From: a virus
Taxonomy: Duplodnaviria; Caudoviricetes
Length of the DNA stretch: 31,138 nucleotides
Reading direction: 5' to 3' (one strand)
Virus record (IMG/VR): IMGVR_UViG_3300021180_000040
Coordinates: 1 to 31,138 of that record
The notes beneath the pieces are model-generated. The model had not been told where the DNA came from. It worked only from the letters and a program-made list of their open reading frames with translations, and made no database searches. Positions 15,945 to 25,859 of this stretch are shown piece after piece. A program made the translations under genes and the position numbers. The first letter of the stretch is position 1. Each line of letters opens with the position of its first letter.

Positions 15945-18185
15945 GTGACGTACAATCGCGCAGACCCGTACCTGGATCAAGGCATCACAGCCTTAGACCA
16001 GCGACTGCTAGAAGCAAAGAAGCAACTTCCAAAAGGTAGTGCGGAAGAGCAACGGGCGCTTGCGTGGCAATTCCTGTCTCCAGCGGAATCATCGTTCATT
16101 CAAGAGGAAATCGGACGATGTATAGAATCGCGCATCTACTACCTGAATAACTATCATGTCATTCAGACCGATCGCGGCATCCTCACATGCATGAATCCGC
16201 TCTTTGATCTTCAACTTATGGTTGAGGATGCCATTAGCACATCTGTTGCTGAAAATGGGCGGTCGTTTCTCGTTATCCTCAAGCCGCGCCAGTCGGGTAT
16301 CACCGAGTATTCTAACGGAGTCATGTGCTGGCGCACGTTCTTTCTGCCCAACGCCTTTACTCTCACCGTAGCGCAAGACCCGCCAACAGCGGCGTGGGTG
16401 CAGCGCAAGGTAAACGTGGCCTACGATAGGCTACCTTGGTGGATGCGGCCGGAAAGAATGTATCACAATCGTGGAGAGTACCTCGAATTCGGCAGGAAAG
16501 ATGAGACGATGCGCTCCTCCGATCCGGGTCTCGGCACAATTCTAGTTACGACGCACGCAATGCGCGATACCGGCGTTGCCATTGGCAAATCGATTCGCAG
16601 TCTTCATCTCACCGAAGTGTCGCGCTGGCCAAGTTCCGACCTATATGTCTCCGACATCAAGCCCACCATGAACGCGCCGGATACAATCGCCATCGCCGAG
16701 TCGACCGCGTGGGGGTCCAATGGATTCTTCTATAACCTATGGCAAGGGGCTAACGATCCAGAAGACGACGACGGCGACTGGAAGCCGCTGTTTCTCCCCG
16801 GCTATCGCGATGGCAAAAACCGCCGCATCATCCGGCCAAAGCAGCAGCCATTCATTCTGACCGACGCGGAGAAGAAAGTAACGACACGGGTCAAGATGGA
16901 GGAAGGTTTCGACATCCCGAATGAGTTCTGGAACTTCCGGCGCCGGGGAATGAAGGACTCGATCAAGGAGTCTGGATTCGCTTACGGCCACCTGGAATGC
17001 TTTCCCATCAGCCCGAGAGAAGCCTTTCAGTCCTCCGGCATGGGTGCCTTCGCTCGGCACAAGTTGGATGAGCAGGAGGCAAACGTCCGTAAGCCGAATT
17101 GGGTTGGAGAAATCATCTTCCAAGGTCGCGGCGTAGTTCCTAAAGTCCTCTTGGAATATATGATAGCCAAAGACGGAAGCTATCGGGATGTTAACCTGCC
17201 GCCGCGTGAGAGCGTAGGTGGAAGGCTGTATCTATGGGAGCAACCCGACCCCGGCAAGATTTACTATATCTCCGGCGATGCGGGCGAAGGCATCGGGCAA
17301 GACCCCAGCGTGGTCGAGATCATCCGTGCAGGGTTCCTCAATGAGCCGGATGTGCAGGTCGGAGAATGGGTCGGGTACGAGCCACCAGAGGCATTCGGGC
17401 GCATCGTGTACGCGATTGGCCACTACTTCAACCGGGCCGAGGTGGCAATCGAGTACAACGGCCCCGGCACTGCGACGGCAGACTATCTGATGAATCAGTT
17501 GGAGTACCCAAACCTCTACACGCCGCGCAATACGGACCGCGTGAAGAATCCATTTAAGCCCTTCCTCCACTGGCAGACCACGTCCAAGACGAAGCCATTG
17601 CTTCGCGCCAAGATGAACGAAACGTTGCTCGAAAATGGCATCATCATCCAGAGCGAGTACACGTTGGCAGAACTCCGGGCCTGCGAGGTAGAGGGTGAGT
17701 CATTCGCCGCGTTGGAAGGGCACGACGACGCCGCAATCTCGATATGCATCGGCCTATACTGTCTTCGCCAGACGATGCTCGAACTCCGCAGACCGGCGAC
17801 CGATGGAGACAAGACGGCGGGATCACCGGCCGTCCGCCACCTCCACCCCCCCGTCGGCGCAGTCATCTACGGCGTCTACGACCAATTATTCCGTCTGCGC
17901 GCCCAGAAGCGAACCTTACGCGAGGCCGAGGAAATCGTAGAGAAGAACCCCGGTTTCCAGATCAAACCGATCATGGTATCAAAGGCCAACACCGCATTTT
18001 CGGTCATCCATCACGGCCAGGGGATCGAGCGGGAGCTGTATCAGGCGGGCATGGTGGATCGCGACATCACGCCGGAGTTGGTTTCCCAGTACGGGATTGC
18101 GACTGGCCGGAACTATGGCGCGGCGAGCCCTGGGGCGGATGAATCGCTTTGGGATAGTTCGTTGGGCGACTTGGGCGATTTTTGA
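15945..18185 (+). CDS. terL: Terminase large subunit
   Basis: Walker A ILKPRQSGIT, Walker B LHLTEV, coupling motif ESTA; RNase H-like nuclease with ISGDAGEG, AIEYNGPG and HDDA. Confidence 0.93.
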   Translation: MTYNRADPYLDQGITALDQRLLEAKKQLPKGSAEEQRALAWQFLSPAESSFIQEEIGRCIESRIYYLNNYHVIQTDRGILTCMNPLFDLQLMVEDAISTSVAENGRSFLVILKPRQSGITEYSNGVMCWRTFFLPNAFTLTVAQDPPTAAWVQRKVNVAYDRLPWWMRPERMYHNRGEYLEFGRKDETMRSSDPGLGTILVTTHAMRDTGVAIGKSIRSLHLTEVSRWPSSDLYVSDIKPTMNAPDTIAIAESTAWGSNGFFYNLWQGANDPEDDDGDWKPLFLPGYRDGKNRRIIRPKQQPFILTDAEKKVTTRVKMEEGFDIPNEFWNFRRRGMKDSIKESGFAYGHLECFPISPREAFQSSGMGAFARHKLDEQEANVRKPNWVGEIIFQGRGVVPKVLLEYMIAKDGSYRDVNLPPRESVGGRLYLWEQPDPGKIYYISGDAGEGIGQDPSVVEIIRAGFLNEPDVQVGEWVGYEPPEAFGRIVYAIGHYFNRAEVAIEYNGPGTATADYLMNQLEYPNLYTPRNTDRVKNPFKPFLHWQTTSKTKPLLRAKMNETLLENGIIIQSEYTLAELRACEVEGESFAALEGHDDAAISICIGLYCLRQTMLELRRPATDGDKTAGSPAVRHLHPPVGAVIYGVYDQLFRLRAQKRTLREAEEIVEKNPGFQIKPIMVSKANTAFSVIHHGQGIERELYQAGMVDRDITPELVSQYGIATGRNYGAASPGADESLWDSSLGDLGDF

Positions 18186-18199
18186 GTTAGGATGTAGCC

Positions 18200-18898
18200 A
18201 TGAGCAATGCGAAGATGGAAACGATTTGGTGTCCAGCGTGCGACCGCGCGGGGAATCCATCGCGAATGATCGCGCAGCAAGGCGGCCACCGGACAGAAGG
18301 TATGGCGGCGCGATGCGCGAACCAACTGCACACCTTCACTTACGGCAAGCTGATGCAGCTCCATCCGCGCATGGACAAGCCCGACTTCGTGGAGAAGCAG
18401 CCGCCGAACACAGTCACGCTCACTCTTTGGGTCTACCCGGAAGTATTGGAATCACTGCGCCAGAAGTTCGAGCATAATCTCAATACGACGATGTGTTCCG
18501 CAGTCACGGCGCTTGCCGATCCGGATACGGTCCTGATCGAAGGCGAGCACGCTCGGGAGATTGCTTCACTCGGCATCAAGCGCGGCCGTGAGGTTCTTGG
18601 GCTGGCGCGGGAAGTGATCGAATTGCGCAAAAAGCTGGAGCGCGCCGAAATCCAGATGGAAGCCCTTGCGCCAATCTTTGCGGCCATGGGGATCAATGCG
18701 AATGCCGGGGCTGCGCCGATGGAAGGCGCGAATGGCCAGAAGCAGCCACCGCGCGCGCAGTTCGCGAACCTGGTCGAAAGCGACAGTGGCCTGCTGATGC
18801 CCTCGGATGGCCGGGAGCAGGCGGGCGACTTCACCTTTGCCGGGCCGAAGCCTGCGGCGAGCGCGACGCCGGGGTTTGTGACGCGGAATCTGCACTGA
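18200..18898 (+). CDS. Hypothetical protein (N-terminal CxxC...CxxxxH, coiled coil)
   Basis: AGGA RBS; long ORF between TerL and portal. Confidence 0.75.
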   Translation: MSNAKMETIWCPACDRAGNPSRMIAQQGGHRTEGMAARCANQLHTFTYGKLMQLHPRMDKPDFVEKQPPNTVTLTLWVYPEVLESLRQKFEHNLNTTMCSAVTALADPDTVLIEGEHAREIASLGIKRGREVLGLAREVIELRKKLERAEIQMEALAPIFAAMGINANAGAAPMEGANGQKQPPRAQFANLVESDSGLLMPSDGREQAGDFTFAGPKPAASATPGFVTRNLH

Positions 18899-18909
18899 GG
18901 AGGCTAATC

Positions 18910-19098
18910 ATGGCAAATGGATGGATCGATAACATTATGAATCAGCAGCATAATCGCTGCGATTGTCACGAATGCACTCAGGCACGGTGGCGCATGAGTG
19001 TTGAAGGAAAAATTGCGGGCATTATTTCGGCTCCGCGTCGGCCAGTGCCCCCCGCGCCGGTCGAAAGCGCACCAAATTCAACGAACCCCTTGAGTTGA
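18910..19098 (+). CDS. Small hypothetical protein
   Basis: GAGGAGG RBS; CDCHEC motif. Confidence 0.6.
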   Translation: MANGWIDNIMNQQHNRCDCHECTQARWRMSVEGKIAGIISAPRRPVPPAPVESAPNSTNPLS

Positions 19099-19142
19099 TT
19101 CCATTGTGGTAAGGCAATCGCCATGCGATACTACCCCGCGAC

Positions 19143-21011
19143 ATGGCGACTCCCGCAATTCTCCGCCCCGGCAACCAGCCTCCACCCCCGGAGCGCATGA
19201 CGCGCGACTTGCCGCTTCCTTGGGACCGGCTTGAGCGCGACGTAGTCCAGTGGTCCGACACGGCATTCTCTCAGGCGAAGGAAAAGCAGGGTCAGCAGCC
19301 TTATTCCAAGCTCATCCCCCGAATCGTCCAGTATCTTTCCGGCAGCCAGTGGCCCGCCAGACCGACCGCCTACGGCAATTCCCGGCCCGTCACGAACCGC
19401 ATGTTCCGCCAATACTGGGAACTGGTTTCGCTCCTGACAGACGGCAAGCCGGAGCCGCAGATCAAGGTATACGACACCAAAGACGGTTACTCCGAAGTCC
19501 AGCGAATCATCGGCGAACTGCTCGAACCGTGGGGGGTAACGCCAGATTACCACGACGCATTGCAGGACATCATCGGCTTCGGCCTGTTGGCCTACGGCGT
19601 CGGCAAGGTTCAGTGGAACCCGCACCGGTCGGGCGGCATGGGCGACGTCGAATTGCTGGCGATCAACCCGCTTCAACTTTACAAACTCGGCGGCGATGGT
19701 CCTATCGAGAACTGCGAATGCCTGATCGAGACGCGCCAGGTGACGATTGAAGCCCTGCGGCGCCGCTATGGCGATGTGGCCAAACTGGTCAAGCCGGATA
19801 CCGGGGCAGACTCAAGCGCGCTCCGTCCGATGCGGCCATCTTCTGTTTCGTCGGAGCAATGGGGCAAGTTCTCGCCGCAGATGCAGCAGGTTTTGGGGGT
19901 CAAGGGCGGTCTTGGGGTCACGGATACGCTTTACCCAACCGTCGAGGAGCGCATCTTCTGGCTGCGGGATGGCGCGAAAAATGAGTCTTCGACGACAAAA
20001 CTGGTAGGCCGCAAGGGCGCGAACTGGTCGTACTGGGTCGAGCCGGGGATGCCGCTTTTCCCGAGGGGTCGATGCTTTTCGGTGGCCGGCGGTCGCGTCA
20101 TGGAGGATACCTGCAACCCCTACTTTCACAACATGGGGCCAGGGCCGTATGTCGAGTTCCTGCCGCTGCGCACTGCGTGGCTTTCGGGGTCGATGTCTGT
20201 TACCGGCAACCTCATCGGCCCGCAGGACATCCTGAACCGCCTCATGGCCGGGATGCTCGAAACGATCAAGGCCGGACTGACGCCGACGATCATCACCCCA
20301 ACCGATGCCGTGTCCCGATCTGACCTAGACAATCTGTCGACGACGATTTCGGGCGGAAAGATCGAGTATAACCCGCTCCGATCCGGCGGCCAGAGCCCCA
20401 AGTTCCGCGAGCAACCTCAGTTCCCGACCGCGGCGCAGTGGTATACCCAGATGCTCATGCGGGAGATGGACCAGACCACAGGTTCAGCGGCGATCGATGC
20501 GGCTGCGCAGAAGGAGCAGATTCCGTCGCACGACACGATGGAATTGATTCAGAATGCGCGCTCCGGCATGGTCCGGCTGATGGGAAGACGGCTCGAAAAC
20601 TTCATGAACCGATCCGGCCAGATGGTCGTCTCGAACATGCTCCAGTTCTATTCAATTGGCCATCGGACGGCGATTCTTGGCGAAAAGGGCATGACGTCGT
20701 GGGACTTCTCGCCGATGTATGGGTCGATGATTCAGGGCGGGATGCTGCCGGAGAAGTTCGTGCGCAAGTTCCAGTTCTCCATCCGGCCAGGGTCGGCGCT
20801 GTCGTTTGACCGGGAGCAGAGGGCGCAACTGGCCGTGACGCTTCAGCGCGGCGGACTGATTTCCAAAAAGAACGTGCTCAGAGCCCTGAATGCTGCCGGA
20901 GCCAATATCGATTTGGCCGAAAACGAGAAGGAAATGGCGGCGGAGGCACTCCAGCAGTTGGCAATGGCGGCGCTGGCCGGGCAGGCGGCTGGCAAGAAAG
21001 GAAAGAAGTGA
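19143..21011 (+). CDS. Portal protein
   Basis: 622 aa downstream of TerL; YLSGSQW, RPVTN, GVGKVQW and LIGPQDILNR resemble P22/SU10-like portals. Confidence 0.85.
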   Translation: MATPAILRPGNQPPPPERMTRDLPLPWDRLERDVVQWSDTAFSQAKEKQGQQPYSKLIPRIVQYLSGSQWPARPTAYGNSRPVTNRMFRQYWELVSLLTDGKPEPQIKVYDTKDGYSEVQRIIGELLEPWGVTPDYHDALQDIIGFGLLAYGVGKVQWNPHRSGGMGDVELLAINPLQLYKLGGDGPIENCECLIETRQVTIEALRRRYGDVAKLVKPDTGADSSALRPMRPSSVSSEQWGKFSPQMQQVLGVKGGLGVTDTLYPTVEERIFWLRDGAKNESSTTKLVGRKGANWSYWVEPGMPLFPRGRCFSVAGGRVMEDTCNPYFHNMGPGPYVEFLPLRTAWLSGSMSVTGNLIGPQDILNRLMAGMLETIKAGLTPTIITPTDAVSRSDLDNLSTTISGGKIEYNPLRSGGQSPKFREQPQFPTAAQWYTQMLMREMDQTTGSAAIDAAAQKEQIPSHDTMELIQNARSGMVRLMGRRLENFMNRSGQMVVSNMLQFYSIGHRTAILGEKGMTSWDFSPMYGSMIQGGMLPEKFVRKFQFSIRPGSALSFDREQRAQLAVTLQRGGLISKKNVLRALNAAGANIDLAENEKEMAAEALQQLAMAALAGQAAGKKGKK

Positions 21012-21301
21012 TGGCTAAATTCCACGAAATAGAGTCAGAGTACGTGGCATGGCATTGCCCGGGATGCGAAGGTGACCATGGGGTTCCGGTCAACGGACAT
21101 AAGTCAGGCAAGGCGTGGCAATGGAACAGGTCATTTGACTCGCCCACGCTCTCCCCTTCAGTGCTCGTCAATGTAGGCGGGGCTAATCCGACACAGCCCA
21201 TATGCCACACGTTTATCCGAGATGGGAAGATCGAATTTCTTTCCGATTGCACGCATAGACTCGCGGGTCAGACAGTCGAAATTCCAGATTGGGAGGATTG
21301 A
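21011..21301 (+). CDS. DUF6527-like Cys/His protein
   Basis: HCPGC..DH...WQWN....PTLSPS...CHTFIRDGKIEFLSDCTHRLAGQTV; family name recalled, not searched. Confidence 0.7.
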   Translation: MAKFHEIESEYVAWHCPGCEGDHGVPVNGHKSGKAWQWNRSFDSPTLSPSVLVNVGGANPTQPICHTFIRDGKIEFLSDCTHRLAGQTVEIPDWED

Positions 21302-21302
21302 C

Positions 21303-21524
21303 ATGCCGAACGGACGCGGATTTCGATCTAAGGCTCAACAAAGGCTCATGTTTGCTAAACAAAATCGGGGCGAACTTAAACGCGGGACGGCCCAGCGATG
21401 GGCGAATGAAACCCCCAATCTTCGCAAACTCCCCAACCGCGTCGGCCCGAAGCGCGGACTGCGCAGGGCAAGTCGGCAGGCCAGCCGGATGCAGGCGCGG
21501 CGGTCCGGTTTTCGGAGGCTGTAG
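21303..21524 (+). CDS. Small Arg-rich phage protein (FxSKAQQR motif)
   Basis: GGAGG RBS; FRSKAQQRLMFA...RWANETP..LP. Confidence 0.7.
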   Translation: MPNGRGFRSKAQQRLMFAKQNRGELKRGTAQRWANETPNLRKLPNRVGPKRGLRRASRQASRMQARRSGFRRL

Positions 21525-21525
21525 G

Positions 21526-21801
21526 CTATTCTTGCCGACCCTTGACCTCGACTGCGTCACCTTCGACCGCCCCATCTGGCCCCCTCTTGGTGTAGAGGAT
21601 TGCATCACCTTTTGCGGTGAACCACAGAATCCACTGGGGATTGTCGCAGGCGGGTTCAATGTAGCCAAGAATGCGATTCTGGTCGGTGCGATGTTCTATA
21701 TCGGCTAGGCTGGGGCTTTCAATCAAAGATGGCTCGGCGGTGCTCCGGTCGCCCTCGTACTGCCCAATCAAAACACCTTGCTTTCCGTGTCCAATTTGCA
21801 T
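21526..21801 (-). CDS. Hypothetical protein on the opposite strand (moron-like)
   Basis: GGAGGG RBS on the minus strand before ATG 21801; fills the gap tail-to-tail with the preceding gene. Confidence 0.6.
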   Translation of the reverse strand: MQIGHGKQGVLIGQYEGDRSTAEPSLIESPSLADIEHRTDQNRILGYIEPACDNPQWILWFTAKGDAILYTKRGPDGAVEGDAVEVKGRQE

Positions 21802-21886
21802 AATTTTACCCTCCGGCCTAACGGTGATCGTTGCTACTCCGTTGGCATTGCGAGAAGAATAGCACGAAATTCCGCCGCAGGATTTG

Positions 21887-21915
21887 TTGACGTTCCGCAA
21901 AAAGTGATGTTAACT
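21887..21915 (+). promoter_or_regulatory. Putative promoter with the shared spacer motif
   Basis: TTGACG-ttccgcaaaaagtgatg-TTAACT; the 17-nt spacer is nearly identical to that at 24027-24043. Confidence 0.55.
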
Positions 21916-22000
21916 CTATCGCGTCGGGCAGCAATGCCCTGCTGAGGCGGAGGGCCTCTCGAAAAAACCCCCCTACTTCAACAGAAGGAGGTACCTGACT

Positions 22001-22066
22001 ATGAGCCGTCATTCTCGTCGTCGGTCCAAGGAGCGCAAGTCTGAGCGCAAGTCCCGCAGGGGTTAA
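22001..22066 (+). CDS. 21-aa Arg/Ser/Lys-rich peptide
   Basis: AAGGAGGT RBS 8 nt upstream; MSRHSRRRSKERKSERKSRRG*. Confidence 0.6.
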   Translation: MSRHSRRRSKERKSERKSRRG

Positions 22067-22164
22067 TTGCGCCTATTTGGCGCTCCAACTGTTCCACTCC
22101 ACGGGCGGGCTTTCGGGTCCGCTCGCGGAACACTCAAAATCTCAAGGTACCAAGGAGCAGCGAA

Positions 22165-22392
22165 ATGCCCATGCCCACAGACAAGATGAGCGTAGAGAAG
22201 GGTGGCCCTCGCGATGAGCGCGACCTCGAAGTCAGCTATGGCAAGCACATTCCGCAGCCGTCGCAGAAGAAGGGCGATTTCGTGGCTTTTGGAATTCTGG
22301 CCGGTTCTGGCGAGTCGGCTCCGTCCGTCCAGGGTGTCCGCACCACGACTTTCGGCGATTCCGTAGAGGAAAACGCCAAGAACATCGGGTAA
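22165..22392 (+). CDS. Small hypothetical protein in the head module
   Basis: AAGGAG RBS. Confidence 0.7.
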   Translation: MPMPTDKMSVEKGGPRDERDLEVSYGKHIPQPSQKKGDFVAFGILAGSGESAPSVQGVRTTTFGDSVEENAKNIG

Positions 22393-22397
22393 TCTAA

Positions 22398-22772
22398 GTG
22401 GCGACTTCCCCAATGCCCGATGGTTCGTCCGGTCAACCCGGCGCTGCGCCTCCGAACTTCTACGAGCAGGCCGCTAAAGCCCCTGCTGGCCCCGCGAAGC
22501 CGGATTACACCAAGCAAAACACCGAATTCTCGGAAGCCGTCGTCAAGCTCCTCTCTATCCTCGGAAAGATGGAGAAGATGACGCCGAACGGCAAGGATAT
22601 TTCCAAAAACATGAAGGCGGCGGCTGAGGCAATCAAGAGCGCCCGCGATGACGCGTTTGAGGGCACGGAAACCGCCGAAGCAACCGGAACCGAACCAGCC
22701 GTGCCGGGAACGACCGGGGCAGCAACCGCGCCGCCGCAAGGCACGCCGGGAACCGCTGCGCCGGGGATGTAG
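22398..22772 (+). CDS. Ala/Pro/Thr-rich hypothetical protein
   Basis: ORF following the previous stop by 5 nt. Confidence 0.65.
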   Translation: MATSPMPDGSSGQPGAAPPNFYEQAAKAPAGPAKPDYTKQNTEFSEAVVKLLSILGKMEKMTPNGKDISKNMKAAAEAIKSARDDAFEGTETAEATGTEPAVPGTTGAATAPPQGTPGTAAPGM

Positions 22773-22780
22773 GGAGAGTT

Positions 22781-23218
22781 ATGCGACCGCGAGACGTGAA
22801 CGCCAAAAACACGGCTTCTTATCCCCGGCATATGGGGTTCGAGTACAACGCGCGTGTTTTTGTGATGGGCTCGAAGCGAGGCAACGTCGTGCTAAGAGCA
22901 GGCGACGCGCTTTCATTCTGCCACGTTCAAATGCCTCGGCGGGTGTGGGATTGCATTGTCGATTGGTATGGCGACCGGGGCAGCAACGACTTTTGGGGCA
23001 AAGAGGAAGGCGAAATAAAGCAGGATTTCGGGCGCGAATGGGAAGCTGGAGCGTCGATAACGCCTCCAAATGACTTCCATGCCCACACTCTTCGCGCAAT
23101 ACATATCCATCACCACGGCCGTGCCGGTACGGACATTTATTTGCGATATGAACGCGATGAATTTGACCGTATCGTGCGCTGGTACAACTCGGAATACGAA
23201 GAGAAAATCGCGGCCTAG
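22781..23218 (+). CDS. Hypothetical protein
   Basis: GGGAG RBS; weak internal repeat (WDCIVDWY / FDRIVRWY). Confidence 0.65.
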   Translation: MRPRDVNAKNTASYPRHMGFEYNARVFVMGSKRGNVVLRAGDALSFCHVQMPRRVWDCIVDWYGDRGSNDFWGKEEGEIKQDFGREWEAGASITPPNDFHAHTLRAIHIHHHGRAGTDIYLRYERDEFDRIVRWYNSEYEEKIAA

Positions 23219-23250
23219 CCGCAAAAGTTTAGTAGCACCAAGGAGAGAAC

Positions 23251-24003
23251 ATGGCATTCGAAGAGCTTGACGAACTTCTGAACAGTTTCGCGGAGGCCGA
23301 TCGCCCCGCAATGCGCGATGCTCTGACCCGCAATCCGAACGCGGCAACCCTTCTGACCAGCCAGCACACCGTTTACAAGGCTTTCGTCGACGGCGATCCG
23401 GTGAGGTTGGCCAGTGCTGCGAGCAGCGTGACCCCGCCGCCAGCAGTCGTACCCCCTCCCGCCGCCACTCAGCCCCTCGGAATCGACCTCGCCGCGCTCG
23501 ATGCGCGCTTGGCTGGCTTCCAGCGCAGCATGTTCGAGTCGCCGGAGTTCGGGACCGCCGTCGAAGCGCGCGCCAAGCAGATCGCGGACGCAGCCATCGC
23601 CGCAGTTACTCCGAATCTCATCGGGCGCGGCGCAAAGATTGCCGACACCATCGCGACGATTCGTGAAAGCCATCGCGCGGAGTTCGGCGAACCGCTCGAC
23701 TCGGCCAAGTTCGAAGAATTCTATGCCAAGGAAGGCCCTGTTTACGGGAACGACCTGGTAAGGTCACACGCCGCTTTCGTGTCTGAAAAGCGCATTGAGG
23801 CCCGCGTCAAGAAGGGCGTCGATGAAGGGCTCGCAGCCGCCGCGACCAACAATGTCCCGGGCACCTCGCTTCCCGCCTCCGATTCCCCGCTGGCCGGATT
23901 CATCGACTACAACGTGAAGCAGAGCGGCGGCAAGGCTCCGACCGCGGACGCGAACGACGCAGCGAAGGCATTTCAGGCCATGCGCGGCAACTGGACGATG
24001 TAA
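23251..24003 (+). CDS. Probable capsid scaffolding protein
   Basis: Ala-rich helical 250 aa immediately before the major capsid gene; AAGGAG RBS. Assignment rests on synteny. Confidence 0.6.
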   Translation: MAFEELDELLNSFAEADRPAMRDALTRNPNAATLLTSQHTVYKAFVDGDPVRLASAASSVTPPPAVVPPPAATQPLGIDLAALDARLAGFQRSMFESPEFGTAVEARAKQIADAAIAAVTPNLIGRGAKIADTIATIRESHRAEFGEPLDSAKFEEFYAKEGPVYGNDLVRSHAAFVSEKRIEARVKKGVDEGLAAAATNNVPGTSLPASDSPLAGFIDYNVKQSGGKAPTADANDAAKAFQAMRGNWTM

Positions 24004-24020
24004 GAAAAACGCAGGATTCA

Positions 24021-24049
24021 TTGACCTTGCGCCAAAAGTGATGTAACAA
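24021..24049 (+). promoter_or_regulatory. Putative capsid-gene promoter
   Basis: TTGACC-ttgcgccaaaagtgatg-TAACAA upstream of the AGGAGGA RBS. Confidence 0.55.
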
Positions 24050-24095
24050 CAGATTCGATTGCAGAAGTTCCGGAAGATTCAGGAGGATTTGAGCG

Positions 24096-25082
24096 ATGCC
24101 AGCAACCGGCAATCAGACCATTTACAACGATCTCACGACATTCACTTACCAGTGGATCGTGCCTCGGGTGCAGGATGTCTATTTCAAGGTGTCGACGATC
24201 TTCCCGATCCTCTTCCGGCCCGACAACTTCAAGACCTTTTCCGGCTACCAGATCCAGGTGCCGATCCAGTACGCGCCTCTCAAGGGCGGTCCGACGGTCG
24301 ATGGCGGCGTGTTCGACATCTCGTCCTTCGAGACCGACACGGCGATGATCTTCGTGCCCAAGGAGTACTACACCAACGTCACTCTGAGCCGCCAGCGCAT
24401 CGCCCTCAACCAGGGCAACCAGGCCGCGATGAGCTACGTGCAGGTGAAGGTCACGAACCTTTACCAGTCGATGATGCAGTATCTGGCGCAGGACACCTTC
24501 CGCGATGGTCAGGGAACGGTCTCCGGCGTCAACGCTCTCGACGGCCTGCTTGCCGCGAACGACGATGGCACGAACTATCCGCAGTATGGCCAGTTGGCCC
24601 GCGCTGCGATCGGCACCGGCCCCAACGCCGGAATCGACGGCTACTACCAGAGCGTCAATGCGCCAATCTCGACACAGTTGCTCCAGTTCGCTTTCGGTCA
24701 GGGCAGCTTCGGTAACACGCAGCCCAATCTGGCGTTCATGACGCAGAATATCTGGGATACGATGTGGCTTCGCATGTTCCCGGCGCAGCGCGTGATGGAT
24801 GACGATCCGGGCGTGATCAGTTTCGGCGCCACTTCGCTCAAGTTCTACGGCAACAAGCGGCTTCTGGTCGATCAGTACATCCCGACCGGCTATGTCTTCG
24901 GCAACCGCGACGAATTCCTGCAAGCCTACGTGACCGAAGACAAGCTGTTCCAGTTCGGCTTCACCGGGTTCAAGGAACTGCCGGATTCGCTCGACGGTTC
25001 TGGTCAGACGGTCTTCCTCGGGGATATCGTCAACGCCCAGCCCCGCGTCAGCTTCATTCTGGCGAACGTGCAGAACACCTAA
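24096..25082 (+). CDS. Major capsid protein (HK97-fold type)
   Basis: 328 aa with strong codon bias and AGGAGG RBS; GYQIQVPIQY, KEYYTNVTL, DGQG...LDGL...YGQLAR, P.LAFMT and LLVDQYIP.G; follows portal and scaffold. Confidence 0.88.
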   Translation: MPATGNQTIYNDLTTFTYQWIVPRVQDVYFKVSTIFPILFRPDNFKTFSGYQIQVPIQYAPLKGGPTVDGGVFDISSFETDTAMIFVPKEYYTNVTLSRQRIALNQGNQAAMSYVQVKVTNLYQSMMQYLAQDTFRDGQGTVSGVNALDGLLAANDDGTNYPQYGQLARAAIGTGPNAGIDGYYQSVNAPISTQLLQFAFGQGSFGNTQPNLAFMTQNIWDTMWLRMFPAQRVMDDDPGVISFGATSLKFYGNKRLLVDQYIPTGYVFGNRDEFLQAYVTEDKLFQFGFTGFKELPDSLDGSGQTVFLGDIVNAQPRVSFILANVQNT

Positions 25083-25199
25083 GTTTCGGAATGGGGACCG
25101 GCATCTAGCCGGCCTCCGTAATGCAGCAGGCCCGCTCCCCGCCTTAAAGGGAGCCAGAACGCCGGTCAGCAAGAGCGGCTTCAACGGAGGCAAACAGCA

Positions 25200-25823
25200 A
25201 TGTACGGTCCTTATCCTCGTTTTGCAAACCCGCTTACGCAGCTTGACAACACCGCCAAGAATCCTTTGGGCTTCGTCTACTCGCCGCCATGGGGTTCGTA
25301 TCCCAACAGCGCCGTGTTCTCGACGACTGCCGGCAACTCGACCAAGGGTTACGGCGCGCCCCCGGTCTTCAAGTATGTTTACTTCTACGACTCGGCCGCA
25401 TTGACCGGAACTGCTCAGATCGCTCCGGCCCCGGTCTACTACATCGACGAGTCGTTCACGACTGTCACGCCGAACGCTGCCGACGCATTCTTCACAGTCA
25501 ATGGCGCTTGCGTTGCAGGCTACTGGATGCCGAACACCACGTCGCTCGGAACATCCAACACGGCGGCGGCCTGGTATCTGCAATTTGTCCAATCCTATGG
25601 CTGGATTCAGATTGGCGGATTCCTGCCCGGCGCACTGGCCCCGACGACTACGACCGGCGCGGGGGTTGGCGTTCCGATTGTCGGCCTGACTACCGGTTCG
25701 TGGGCTTCCTCGTCCAGCGCGTCGGCATCGGTCAGCAAGCAACTCGGTGTCCAGTTCTCCGCAATCGCTTCCGGCGTGTGCGACGTTCTGGTCAACGGGC
25801 AGAGCACTTTCTGGGGCAGCTAA
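25200..25823 (+). CDS. Putative head decoration or minor capsid protein
   Basis: Gly/Ala/Thr-rich beta protein directly after the capsid gene; FKYV and YGWIQIGG. Confidence 0.6.
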   Translation: MYGPYPRFANPLTQLDNTAKNPLGFVYSPPWGSYPNSAVFSTTAGNSTKGYGAPPVFKYVYFYDSAALTGTAQIAPAPVYYIDESFTTVTPNAADAFFTVNGACVAGYWMPNTTSLGTSNTAAAWYLQFVQSYGWIQIGGFLPGALAPTTTTGAGVGVPIVGLTTGSWASSSSASASVSKQLGVQFSAIASGVCDVLVNGQSTFWGS

Positions 25824-25859
25824 CTCGGTCCGGACTGACGCGAGAGGAAGGAGAAATCG

